DNA from: Macrostomum lignano | Taxonomy: Eukaryota | Reading direction: 5' to 3' | Assembly (NCBI GenBank): GCA_002269645.1 | Contig: NIVC01001991.1 | Span: 45,569-109,568, forward strand | Length of the DNA stretch: 64,000 bases | Shown here: positions 14,001 through 25,030 of the stretch, piece by piece | How positions within the stretch are numbered: position 1 is the first letter of the stretch | Layout of the letters: each line of letters starts with the position of its first letter | Translations under genes and position numbers: made by a program | Notes under the pieces: model-generated | What the model saw: only the letters and a program-made list of their open reading frames with translations | What the model was told of the DNA's origin: nothing | Databases searched by the model: none

Positions 14001-17000
14001 GCCGCTACAGCTGATGCTGCTAATTCTTCGGCAGCCACTGACGTCAATGATGACTCTGAAAACTCAGATGACTCTGACAACCCTGATGAAAATCAGAATC
14101 CCAAGTCTAAAAAACGACGGCAAAATGAGGACGCCGATGAGTGTGGGTCAGTTGTGAGCCTAGCAAAAAGTTGTAATTTTAATTTTGCCGACTGTGAAAA
14201 CATCCCGAGACCCACGAGACAGCTCGTCTGCTGTTTTTTCACCAGCCTGACGTTTCCATGCCATCCGTGCTTGAACGCATGCGAGACACATTTACGATGC
14301 GAATTGCTCGCTGTCAAAACCTAACCGTCGCAGAGGAAATTGAGCTGTATCAGCCATTAGTTCTTGCACCTGTCATTGAGCAAGAAGCATGGCTAATGAT
14401 CGAGGCTTATAATGCCAACGAGAAAAACGATTATTATCTCCCAGATGGTCCTACTGACATCGGCAAAAACATTCGTGTAGCGCTAATTCGCATCTGGGAC
14501 AAGCGCGATAGTTTTCGACGACATCGGCTGTGCACACCAATTATTTTGAAAGCCGACAATGGAGACGTTAGCGCGGAGGAGAAGCTCACCGGGGCAGTCT
14601 GCATCCTCCTTGGCCGCCTAAAAGTAGATCCCACCGAAATATTTTCTCCGGATCTGCCTGTGCACGTGATCAAAGCGGAGGAAACCTGGTGGGGCGTGTC
14701 AGTCAACGGCGCAAGTCTTCAATTTAATTCGGTGACAGATTCCATTATCGTTTTTATCTGCTGCTTTATTGCTTTTAATTTGCAGCATCTGCCTAAGCTG
14801 GAAGCTTTTCTTGAAGCTATTGAAGTCCTCGCGCGCCTACACAAGCAATGTGCAGTGTCTAGAAAGCCAGCTGCCTCGCTAGTTGATAGTTTTCGTTAGT
14901 TGACTGTTCATGTGACTCCGATGCAGATCCTCATTTGCCTGGCCTCGTCTCTTGACCACACTAAACCTGCAGATGCTCAGTTGCTGGGCCAGCACCCCCT
15001 CCCATATTATTTCAGGTACACCTTATAACGAATATAGTGCAGGACTCCACCCAACTGGGGTCTATCCCATGGCTTACGCCTGCGTCTATCCCTTATTCTA
15101 TTTCTAGCTAAATGTCCAGCCAGTCACTCTACAGATTAACTGGGCCTGCATGCCTCCCTTCTCCCTTCTTGCAGATGCGACCTGCTCTCAAAGCGTGCTG
15201 TTTTCTCTTTCCCTTCTGTTTCATTGCCCTACTCTTATATTATAAATTCTTGTGCGATGTTTAACATAGGTCAACATAAAGTAAGTTCGTTTTTTATGTT
15301 ATGTTCTTAATACTGCTATTTTTCAGAAGAGGGGACATTTGTAATAGTTATTGTAAGACGCATTTTTTATTTTTTACTTCGAGTTTTACATTTTTTTGCA
15401 ATGTAAGTCGGTTGTGTACATTACAATATTGTGTTAAATATTGCCCCAGGTATACATAATGCCACGAGTAAGTATTTTCTGCCAATATGGATTATTAAAC
15501 CGGGTATTGTAAAACCTGGAATTTCAGTTTAAAAATTGCGCAGACACCCCATAGTTGTCTCAAAATTTGTGTATTTTCAAATTCGTTTTTTCAACCCTTG
15601 TTGTGCTTCATTGACTTATTATTTTTCAATGTTTGCTCTTTTGCGTTTAAGAAACTAGCAATTTCCTCTTTATTTCTTTCCAGTTTGATCGAAATGTACC
15701 ATTAGTCATGCGTTGCTCATCAATGAAAAAAAATTGCTGTTCAACCCTTTTGCTTTATTTACTACCAAGTTTGCCATGTAATTTCCTTTTTCCATTATTC
15801 ATGTATTACATAATCGGCTTTGTCATTAATATTTGATTCAGTAAAGCTCCAATCTAAACATGCATGGTAATAATGCTTGATAAAAAATACATTTTTATTT
15901 TTATCCATCTTTATGGAAACTATCGTTCTATGCAATGCACATCAGTTTAATGAACATCTTATAGCTTCACTGGAATCAGGATCTTGCATGGTTTTTTTTA
16001 AACGGGTATTTTCCACTGAGGCATGTCAGCTATATAGGGCCACGCTCAGGCAGAAAAATGCGACATCCGTGCCTATTGTGGACCTATACTTTCGGACCTT
16101 CCGTACATTTGGACCTTCACGGTCCCTATATATGTACGGTGCGGACCTTCTCATACGGACCTTTAGCGGACCTTTATATGGTCCTCTACTTTCGGACCTT
16201 ATGTGCATTCGGACCTGAAGGTCCCTATATGTGTACGGTGCGGACCTCCTCATTCGGACCCTCAGTGGACCTTTTTTCGGACCTTTATGCATAACAGTGT
16301 GACAGCCAATGAATGCCAGAAATCTGTTTGACAGGTTTGGGTAAACTTTAGCCTTGAACTCCAAAACTGATTACAATTGTACTGAATGCAGCAAAAGTAC
16401 ATCCTCAGGACTGACCTCCAGTTTGTCATCACAAATCCACAAGAAATCGGTAGATTGATAAGCTATTTCATAATCCCCACTAGACTGCAGTCCTCATATT
16501 ACTTACCAATTGGAGCCATAGAATATACACAGAATGCTCAATCAACCATTTTCCACAAAGCCAAATTAAAATTCATGCGCACTACTTTTGTTGTGAAGGC
16601 TATGGCCAGTAGTATCAACTAGCAAAGAATAATTTATAGCAAAAAGTAGCAAAAGCAGTTAATAACAGATCTTATTAAGGATCAAATGTAAAAACCACTT
16701 CAAATGGCAGTTAAACAACACTAATTTGCATCAGCTTCTCTTCAGTTCTTTTCATTCCTTTCATGTGCCCTCACTTTCTCTGCTGAGCTCCCTCTGACTA
16801 TTACACCAGTGATGTAAGCGAATTCTGGCAAACAACTTGGCCATCACCCTTGCACGGCATTCACTGTGATCCAAGCTGTATGTGTGAATATTAGCAAGAA
16901 CAATAGGAAAGAACTTTTCTTGCAGCCATTGACCCATACCCTTCAGAACAAACAGCTCTTTATCTGTTGTTCTCTTTGCACTCTATCTGACAGACTAGAC

Positions 17001-18138
17001 ATATGATTGATTGCCTTTTTGGGGATGACCAGGTTTCTAGTTCTATCCTGTCCATTTAAGAGTTGCAGAAAGTATGTTGCTTTTGAACCATCAACTTTCA
17101 ATGCCAACTGGAATTCCTTGCATTGGCACTTGGATTTGAAGAGCTTGAAAAGTAGCCAGCCCCTTATATAAGCACACTTCTTGCTTTCAATGATACCTTA
17201 ATAATCATTAAATATATCTCAATGATAAAAAGAATATTTCATCACTACATCTTTTTATTCTATAGCAATTTTATTATTTGATTAGTAAATTATTTTATTA
17301 GATGTTATTCTATTAGTGCAGAATTTAAAGTATAATTTAGGAACTAAAACTAAGAAACCATACTATCATCCCTAGGGCTAATCTATCAATTGCACTTTGC
17401 ATATAAATAACATAGCTACTAGCCAAGTTGTGAGTACATTTACAAACTGTATATATATGCAAGGCAGTCAATGAATAATTTTTTTAAAAGCTATGGTTAC
17501 CAAAGTAATAAATTTGAAATTATAAATAAAAGCAGCCTATCTTTTTGCCAAACTGGTCCCCTTCTTTTGCCAAAATGTATATGTATACAAGATAAAAATT
17601 CACTTTTACTGAAGTATCCTTTGTCAAAATGGGCTGTACCTTTTACTTTTATTTTGTTGGCTATATAAATATAAAAATGCTCTATTGCTACTTTTATTTC
17701 TAGGAACAAATAAGTAGTTAGTCAAATTATTTTATTATTTTTATTTTAATTTGATTATTATTTTATTTTTAGAAAAGATTTGATTTATTTTCCATTTGAT
17801 TTATTTGATTATTATTTTAAATAAAATAAAATGAATCAAATTGAAAGGCAAAGAAATATAGGCCCTAAATAAATAAAACAATTATACTTTATAGTTTCAA
17901 ATTTTGAAACTTACCTTGAATCCATGATCATTCATATTTAGGATCAAATTTTGTCCCATGACAGCAAGTCCAATCAGGCCAATGTCGCAACTAAAAAAGT
18001 GATTTTAGATTTGAAATTCTTTACTTGTATTTAATATTCTCAATAACTTTGGAACATTTAGGCAAAGTCAAAATTAAATAAAAAGTAACCATTTTTTCAT
18101 AAATTAAAAAGTTAAACTACCTACCTTTCCAATGCCAT
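2091..18138 (-). CDS. PGD: 6-phosphogluconate dehydrogenase, decarboxylating (7 exons, about 485 aa)
   Basis: Exons with GT-AG boundaries: 18125-18138, 17915-17990, 5565-5744, 4447-4512, 4138-4359, 3017-3251, 2091-2755. They sum to 1458 nt and stay in frame. Motifs: [17 protein letters not shown] (NADP binding), [71 protein letters not shown]. Confidence 0.97.
2815..3000. repeat. 21-bp minisatellite in PGD intron 6
   Basis: AATCGCCTCAGCAATTAGAAA units. Confidence 0.9.
3305..4105. repeat. 33-bp then 23-bp minisatellites in PGD intron 5
   Basis: AGCACTATCTGAGCACCCAAGTCACACTGAACC to about 3482, then AGCACTCAGACAAACACAGACC(T/C). Confidence 0.95.
4626..5550. repeat. 40-bp minisatellite in PGD intron 3
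   Basis: CGCTCAGATAGACAAG(TAATAGC/GGGTAGA)TGTAGCCTGTAAAGA units. Confidence 0.95.
8087..11158 (-). mobile_element. Non-autonomous Helitron (3072 bp) inserted in the CACTA transposase
   Basis: On the minus strand it starts TC(CAATATAC) at 11158 and ends with the hairpin CCCCC-ATC-GGGGG about 10 nt before CTAG (8087). Inserted between A and T with no TSD. Removing it rejoins the reading frame ENIEF-INKQVSY. Confidence 0.85.
8222..10557. repeat. Two minisatellites inside the Helitron (about 20 bp and about 22 bp)
   Basis: CAGATAGCAAGCATCCCC to about 8760, then GACATGGTGGCTCTTTAATGTT. Confidence 0.95.
13043..13232. repeat. (AG)n and (ATACA)n microsatellites
   Basis: Seen directly, upstream of the ORF2 splice acceptor. 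Confidence 0.9.
13281..14899 (+). CDS. CACTA accessory (ORF2/TnpA-like) protein with N-terminal CIDE-N-like domain; first exon not located
   Basis: Acceptor tttcag at 13280. Exons 13281-14153 and 14246-14899; the GTGAGC...TTTTTTCACCAG intron joins the two track ORFs in frame. The middle ([40 protein letters not shown]) and C-terminus (CFIAFNLQH) resemble the ORF2 of animal EnSpm elements. Confidence 0.75.
16735..17185 (-). pseudogene. Remnant of a P-element/THAP9-like transposase C-terminus
   Basis: Manual translation: [27 protein letters not shown], then after one frameshift near 16965 [26 protein letters not shown]. This resembles the AYIAG..C..C / L..P / H..IRLHH pattern of P-type transposase C-termini. 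Confidence 0.5.
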
Positions 18139-18622
18139 TGTGTCAAACAAAAACTGTTTTTTACAATAATAAACACGATAACTGATATTTAATGAAGACG
18201 ATTTAAAGCCAAAGAGCTTGGCAATAGGTGCTTTACACTTTTTAACTTCTAGCAAGTGCTTCTGAAACAATGAGTCTGATATAATTATTTGCACATCTCA
18301 TTTAAGAATTAAAATTTGACGGCAAATCTATGTCGACAGAAAGACTTGAGTCTTTTTAAAAAAGTTGATTAAAAAAATATTAGTTTTTAAATTAAGTAGT
18401 TCAATTTTTTTAGCATTTAAGTACCATTAAATCTAACAAACAACTTATTGTGTTATAACCAAAGTAAGTTTTTAAATTTCTAAAAAATTGAAGTATCGAA
18501 CGGTTCATCTAGTCGGACTCACTGAATGTTTCCAATGTTTCCAATCTGAATTTTTGGTAAAAATAAACTTTATATACTATAAAACTTCACTTGTCTTAGT
18601 GTTTTAATATTAGCATATCAGT
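18139..18622. promoter_or_regulatory. Putative bidirectional promoter between PGD and MRPL20
   Basis: The divergent start codons at 18138 (minus) and 18623 (plus) are only 484 bp apart. Confidence 0.6.
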
Positions 18623-21600
18623 ATGCACCTCACCTGTCCTTTATGGGTACGAAGAATCCCTAAAATTTATCGAAATAATGATCCCTTCTATCTTCGCAAT
18701 TTATATCTTCAGTTTTCCTTTGTAAGTAAAATATTTGAAGTAATCTTGTTGTTTTAGCCTTGTATTGGTATTGGCTATTGCATATTCTGTTCTTTAAGTC
18801 TAACATCAGTCTGAATATGTGATGGTCACCATGTCTAATATTTTTGCATCCATTTATGCTACCAGATAGTATACTATATTAGATAGCATAGCATAGTTGA
18901 TAGTCTCAATTTTAATTAGCAATCTCAATTAGCAATATTAGGGACTTCAGTTCAGTGAGTGTCTCACTAGGACTTGCCAATATAAGGGGTGGGGCTTGTT
19001 TTAAAGATGTTGGGTGTATGCCTAGCCCTAAAGTTAAACTCAGAAAGGTATCACATATGCAAAAAATTATAGTATATTTTTAGAGTATACTCTATGCAGC
19101 ACACCCTCTATGCTATGTTCAAAACTAAATACAAATTTGTGTATCAAGGCCTATATTTTTATTGATCTATGCATAGCTAGAGTTCTAGTATTCAGTAGCA
19201 CTAAGAATTAGAATTATTTTATTTTATAAATATAATACTTACATTTTATATTAATTTTGTTATGATACCTGTTGAAAAATAGAGTACTTATAGGCACAGT
19301 GGCCATGTCTATAATTTGAGCTTAAAGGCACGGCTATTATCATCAATATAAAATGTGTGTTTTCTAGGGCTCTCTTATAAGCAAATGGTGGCTTAGTGGA
19401 TATGCTTTGTGATTACATGTAGACCATAGTCAGGAAGGTAGCAGTTTGGTCGGAAAATTCCGGCACACACAAGCCCTTTTTGGGCACACAACGGCGCACA
19501 ACGGTGCACAGCAGCGCGCCACAACAGCGCACAGCGGCGCACTGGCGCACAGCGGTGCACAACGGCGCACACCAGAGGACACCGGCGCATGGCGGCGCGG
19601 CGCGGCGGGCGCCGCGCCACATGCAGCGTTACCCTTGTGGCGATCCCATGTAACAATGTAAGTCGTTACTTGTTACAGTACACTATTCACTGTTCTATCT
19701 AATGTAACACTGCATTCTACCAAAAAATAAAAAATAAAATAAAATATTTTCCTTTTCCTTTTTACCTTTGTTTTTGCCATTTGCTTACTTTTTATGTTTG
19801 TTTTGTTTTAAAAATTAGAAATTAAATTAAAAATTTTTTAAATTTCTATTTTCGGTTCAACGATCTCAATTTCTCATAATATAATATAGATAGCCCGTAA
19901 CCGCCCCGTATTAACCATTATATTCTCTTGTCTTGTGACTCGACTCTCGTGTAACGTTTATTGAAAATATTGGCGCACAAAAATTGTTGCTATGTTGTAA
20001 AAAAGGTCTTTTATTGTCGCAAGGCAGGTAGTGGCGGGCGCACAACGGCGCACACAAGGGTTTTTGTGTCGGCGCACGGCGCACAATTTTGGGAGAGGCC
20101 AAAATTTGTTCTGGCGCACACTCTGCCACCTTCCTGACTATGGCATGTAGAAAGGTTTAAATCCCAAAAGGTCCACATTTTTTTATTTAAAATTTTTTTA
20201 GTGAATAGAATTTTTTCCATCTTGAACTTTTAAAGTTTTTTAAGTAAAATAAAATAATAATTTTAATTAAATTTTTGAATAAGAAAAATTTGCTAAATCT
20301 TAATGTGCAACTGCAAATTTATATGTAGCTATATCTGTAAGTATTTGAACTTACAAATTATTACAAATTTTATATTATAAGAAGTTTGCCACATTTTTGT
20401 TCATGCTCTTCAGTTATTGCTAGATTTTCATTTATTCTCAAGTCTTATGTGTTTAGTAAAGCTATATAATGTTTAACTCATGACAAAATGTGGCCAATAT
20501 ATATTTAAAAAAATATTTTTTTAGCTACATATATAATTATGGCTGCACTTTAAAATTTAAAGTTACCTTCAAAATTTTAATTTAATTTAGTTTTTAAAAA
20601 ATCAAATTAAAAAACTAACCACTTGGGATTCAAACCTTTTCATGCAATCACAAGGCAATTAACTTATCCACTAAGCCACCATTTGCTTATGCGAGAGCCT
20701 TACAGAACATACATTCTATATTGATGATTATATACATGGCAGCCATGCCTATAAGCTCCAATATTATAGACATGGCCACCCACCTTGTCTCTAAGTATGA
20801 ACCCATTCAATATTAGCGACATGGCCACCCACTGTGTCTCCAAGTGTGAACCCATTCAATATAAATGACATGGCTATCCACCATGTCTCTAAGTGTAAAC
20901 CCATTCTATATTAACAACATAGCCACCCACTATGTCTCTAAGTATGAACCCATTCAATATTAATGACATGGCTGCCATGCAAGTTTCATCAACATGGCGG
21001 CCATGTCTCTAATAGTGATACTTATAAACATGGTGGCCATGTCTATAATGCAGAAACTTATATACATGGCAGCCATGTCTATAGATATGGACCTAATCAC
21101 TATTAGAGACATGGCAGCCATGCTCTAAGTGTGGCAATTGAAAAATAGGTACTAACCAATTCAGCAACAAACAAATTTGGTGACAGAGATTCACCATAGA
21201 CAAATTTGGCAATAGAATAATTCTATATAAATTTATTGATTCTTTTGGTATGATGGTATTAGATTATATATATTAGTATAGTGTTGACAGTCCTAAATTT
21301 GCTTTATTACCAAATTATCAGTTACCAAAGTTGTTATATTTGATAAATTAGACTTAAAAAGACTCATGCTTGGGTGCAACCTAGGGATTCACCTGGCCGT
21401 TTCTATTGGCAACACACATACATGTAAGTCGCTATTGGACGGAATAGTAGTCACGTGACTGCTCTCAACCAATAGCGACTTACATGTGTGTGTTGCCAAT
21501 AGAGATGGCCGGGTGAATCCCAAGGTTGCGCATGTATGAAAAGACTTGTCACCAAAGTTGCCCACACTAAATTGTTGTCAAATTTGCTTTTGCCAAATTT

Positions 21601-23987
21601 GTGTATATCCTTGGAAAATAGTGAGAATTGCAATATGATTGCAATAATCCTATAGCTTATTAGAGCACAATCTTTATATGACAATAATAAATTGTCTCAA
21701 AGGCATCATATAATGAAAGTGAATATAAGAATTGTGCTCTAATAATTAAGCTACAATTGTAGGATTCTTGTATGGTTACATCTAATTCTTATTATTATCT
21801 CTCATTTTTATTTCCACATACCCCCTCATTTTTGTTTTACAATTTTTCTTAACAAATTCTCCATTTAGGGCATCATATAATAAAAGTGAATATAAGGATT
21901 GTGCTCTAGTAAGCTATAATTATAGTATTTTTTCAATCATGGCTATGTCTATTTCAATTCTCACTATTTTCCATTAGGTATCTTATAACAAAATTGATAT
22001 AAGTAATCAATTAGGCTATACGTATTATACAACAAAAGAATGCCAAAAAGTCTAATAATATTTAAATTAAATTGAAAGTTAAATTAAAATAAAATATCAA
22101 TTAGAATATAGAATTAAAAATAAAATATTGGCATATATAATTATATGAATAATTGCCAAGTTGAATTTTTGTATATATGATTTAGCTAAATTTTAATCAA
22201 AGAAAGGTCCCACTGGCATAGGTAAAGGGGCAAAAAGGGATTTATCCCCTTTATAAGGCTATGGGGGTCTAGTATAGACAAAAATTAGTAGGTAAAAAGA
22301 GAAACAAAGTTAACAAATAGTCTAATCTAAAAAAAAGATATTGATCGAAAATAATATGTATAGATAGCTATATAATAAACATAGTAAATACGTGCAATGC
22401 TAAAAAAATTCTTACAGCATTAAAATATATGCTTGTGGCACTAAAATAAGTGCTTGCACTGCTAAAAGTTTATAGTAGTCATACTTATAGTACTATTAGT
22501 CAGGCACAATGAATGGTATATATAATTTTTATTGGCTAAGAGCAGTCATCATGTGACTATTCTTCTGTCCATGTTACTTTTGAAAATTTATCAAGTATTA
22601 AAATAGTTTATTTTATATTAAAATGCTTTCTATAATAATTTTTCAATATTTTTGTGTTTTGTCTTTTAAGCATTGTGGTCATTTTTAATGCATGCTTAAA
22701 CCAGCACAATATTACAAGATAGAAGTTGAGGGGCTAGGTATAGTTAATAGCCTAGATAAAGAAATCTTTCAAACCTTGCAATGATAGTAGAATTTAGTGT
22801 AACTTGGGTTGTATAGGCTAGAATATTGTTGTCAAGTGTTAAAAAGCAAGCATTTAGCTTTTTTCTATAGGGCCTTTCCTTAGGATACTACCAATCCATG
22901 TAGTCTTGCTTAGACTAAGAGGCATAGTAATAGATAGACTAAAAAGTTTTGCTGTAAATATTTGTGGTATCCATAGAAGCTTTTATTAATTTTATATTAA
23001 GTTGCTATAGGTTCTCATGCCTAACCTCTATAGGGAAGAAAACCATTTTGGTTTTAATTACATAGATTTAGATCGAAGCTTCAGGCTGCTGAAATCAGCA
23101 GCCCCTTCATACTCCTATCAATACTACACATATAAGTAGAATTGGTCAGTAGCATAAGATAGATATAAAATGGCCTGTTGACTCTCTGCTTGTTAGGCTC
23201 AACAACCCCTTGGTCAATTCTTGCAATAAATATCTTTTGAGGTCGTATCTTTAAAAAGTCCAGCATATTTCATTGGCAAATGTAGATGCCAAATACCCTA
23301 CTGCTTCTATGGACTGTCGCAGTAGTACGTAGCGAGTGAATAGCTATCATTTAATTCCCTCACAATTCAACCACAAATTTGTAGTTATTCCGCGGCCGAT
23401 CCAGCCGATGCTTTCGTCTAGCTGAGCAGCGCGTTATCAAGGCCTTCCAGCACATGAACGCGATGCGCGCTGTTCGCAAGGACAGATTTAAACAGCTGTG
23501 CGACGAACGAATTGACGCTGCTTGCGCTCAGCACGGTATCCCTGGCAAAATGCTGATCGACGGCTTGGGTCGGATGAACATACAGCTTAACCGCAAGATG
23601 CTTCAACAGTTGGCTATTTATGAGCCCTACAGCTTTAAGGTATATGATTTAAAACGTGTGTCTCATGTATGTTTAGTTTATAGCATGTGCATCATAAATC
23701 TTAATAAGTTTTAAATTATCAACCAAGGCATTGGTAAATTATTTTCAAACCAACCATTAATTGGCCCCTCAAACTGCACCGAATGGCCATATAGATACCC
23801 AGCTAAAAGCACAGATCCTAATTGATTAGCAACCCAATCAAAATTGCAGAGCCTGACAGACTTGGTGAAGCAGTACCATTCTGAGCTGGGCATTGTGCCG
23901 CCCAATGCCGAGCCGCCGGCGCCTGTTGTCACGCGCGGCCTATTACAGTCGCCTATTGTGCCTGGCAATAGGAAGTTCTACGAATGA
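18623..23987 (+). CDS. MRPL20: Mitochondrial ribosomal protein L20 (bL20m), 3 exons, about 163 aa
   Basis: Exons 18623-18721 (MHLTCPLWVRR.., GTAAGT donor), 23385-23639 and 23850-23987. FRGRSSRCFRLA..RIDAACAQHG..IQLNRKMLQQLAIYEPYSFKSL is the L20 signature. Confidence 0.9.
19296..20780. repeat. Pair of inverted tRNA-derived (A-box/B-box) segments flanking an AT-rich spacer
   Basis: 19296-19401 and 20666-20780 are imperfect inverted copies. A box TGGCTTAGTGG (19389 plus; 20668-20678 minus). B-box-like GGTTT(A/G)AATCCC (20154 plus; 20625-20636 minus). Confidence 0.65.
19424..20143. mobile_element. MITE, 720 bp, with 8-bp TSD (hAT- or P-like)
   Basis: TIR CCATAGTCAGGAAGGT(A/G)GCAG at both ends. 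Perfect TSD CATGTAGA at 19416-19423 and 20144-20151. Internal GCGCAC(A)AC repeats. Confidence 0.85.
21376..21529. mobile_element. Foldback palindrome / MITE-like element, 154 bp
   Basis: Arms of about 60 bp, GCAACCT(A/T)GGGATTCACC..CATGTAAGTCGCTATTGG, are inverted around a central GTCACGTGAC. Confidence 0.65.
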
Positions 23988-24663
23988 AGTAGAAGTCTGT
24001 TTTACATTTGCTGCAATGTTGTGACTCCGTGACTGCGCTTTTCGACTTGAGAAACAGTTTTCTAGTTAATGTTTGTTTAGCTAATAGAAAATAAAAACAT
24101 TTTTGTTAACAACATTGAGTATTAATTTGGATTTTCTTTTATTTCATTCAGTTCGTTTTACCTACAGAAGATGTTGAACAATGTTTTGATAAGTTGTAGT
24201 TACAGTTGTATACCACCCTCCTCTTATACCAGATTATGAGCAGACTGTAATTCCATTATCTGGGATTATGGGTAATTAGCTTTGGCCATAGATAACAGCA
24301 AAAACAGTATTGTTCACTCTTATCTATGGCCGAAATCATAGCATAGGCGAAACCTATGTCTTAGCCATAGACAATAATTCGCATGTCATTCTATACTTGC
24401 GAGTCGCGAGTAAGTCATCGAAGAGTCGTTGTGTTAGCGCTTAACTTTCTACTAACTCAAGTAGACTAAGAGTTTGTTATAAATGCAAAATGCGATTCTA
24501 ATTCATAAACTGACGCAGATGCGCTTTAGACGCAACTCAGTGGTTCTACAGCGACTCCAGCACGCCTCAGATACGACCCCTGAGTCGCAGACAATAAAGC
24601 GCCTCAAATTGACTCTTAGACGACTTTTACCGTGACATCTCGTCGTTTCAGAGTCGTCTAGAG

Positions 24664-24907
24664 CAGGGGTCGGCAAACCCCGACCCGCGGGCCACATGCG
24701 GCCTGCGAAGCCTCTCAGTAGCAATCCGGCCCGCTCAAGGTTTCTCTTCTCAGCTCTCGTCTCTTTTCTCTCCTCTCCTCTTGTCTCCTTCGCCTCTCCT
24801 TACTCCTATTTCTCCTCTCTATACTGGGTTCCCTCCTCTCTCCCCTCAGCAGTCATGCGCTAGATGTTCTATCTGGCCCTTGAAATAAAAAAGTTTGCCA
24901 ATCCCTG
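24664..24907. mobile_element. hAT (Charlie-like) MITE, 244 bp
   Basis: TIRs CAGGGGTCGGCAAAC / GTTTGCCAATCCCTG. 8-bp TSD GTCTAGAG / GTCTAGTG, matching the NTCTAGAN target preference of Charlie-type hATs. Confidence 0.85.
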
Positions 24908-25030
24908 GTCTAGTGTCGCTTTCTTTTCTATTTTACCTGTTATACCTATAGGAAAGGGGTAAGCCTAAGCTAGAGCATAAGCCCTGATATCACAAGTGTG
25001 CCCCGTGCTCTACTATGATGCCTGTGTTTC

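Larger units (their letters stand above)
5926..16299 (+). mobile_element. Full-length CACTA/EnSpm (CMC superfamily) DNA transposon in PGD intron 2, antisense to the host gene
   Basis: Perfect 12-bp TIR CACTGTTATGCA at 5926 with its inverse TGCATAACAGTG ending at 16299. 2-bp TG duplication on both flanks (5924-5925, 16300-16301). Subterminal (C)GGACCT/AGGTCC repeats at about 5940-5997 and about 16080-16285. Internal transposase and a second ORF. Confidence 0.93.
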
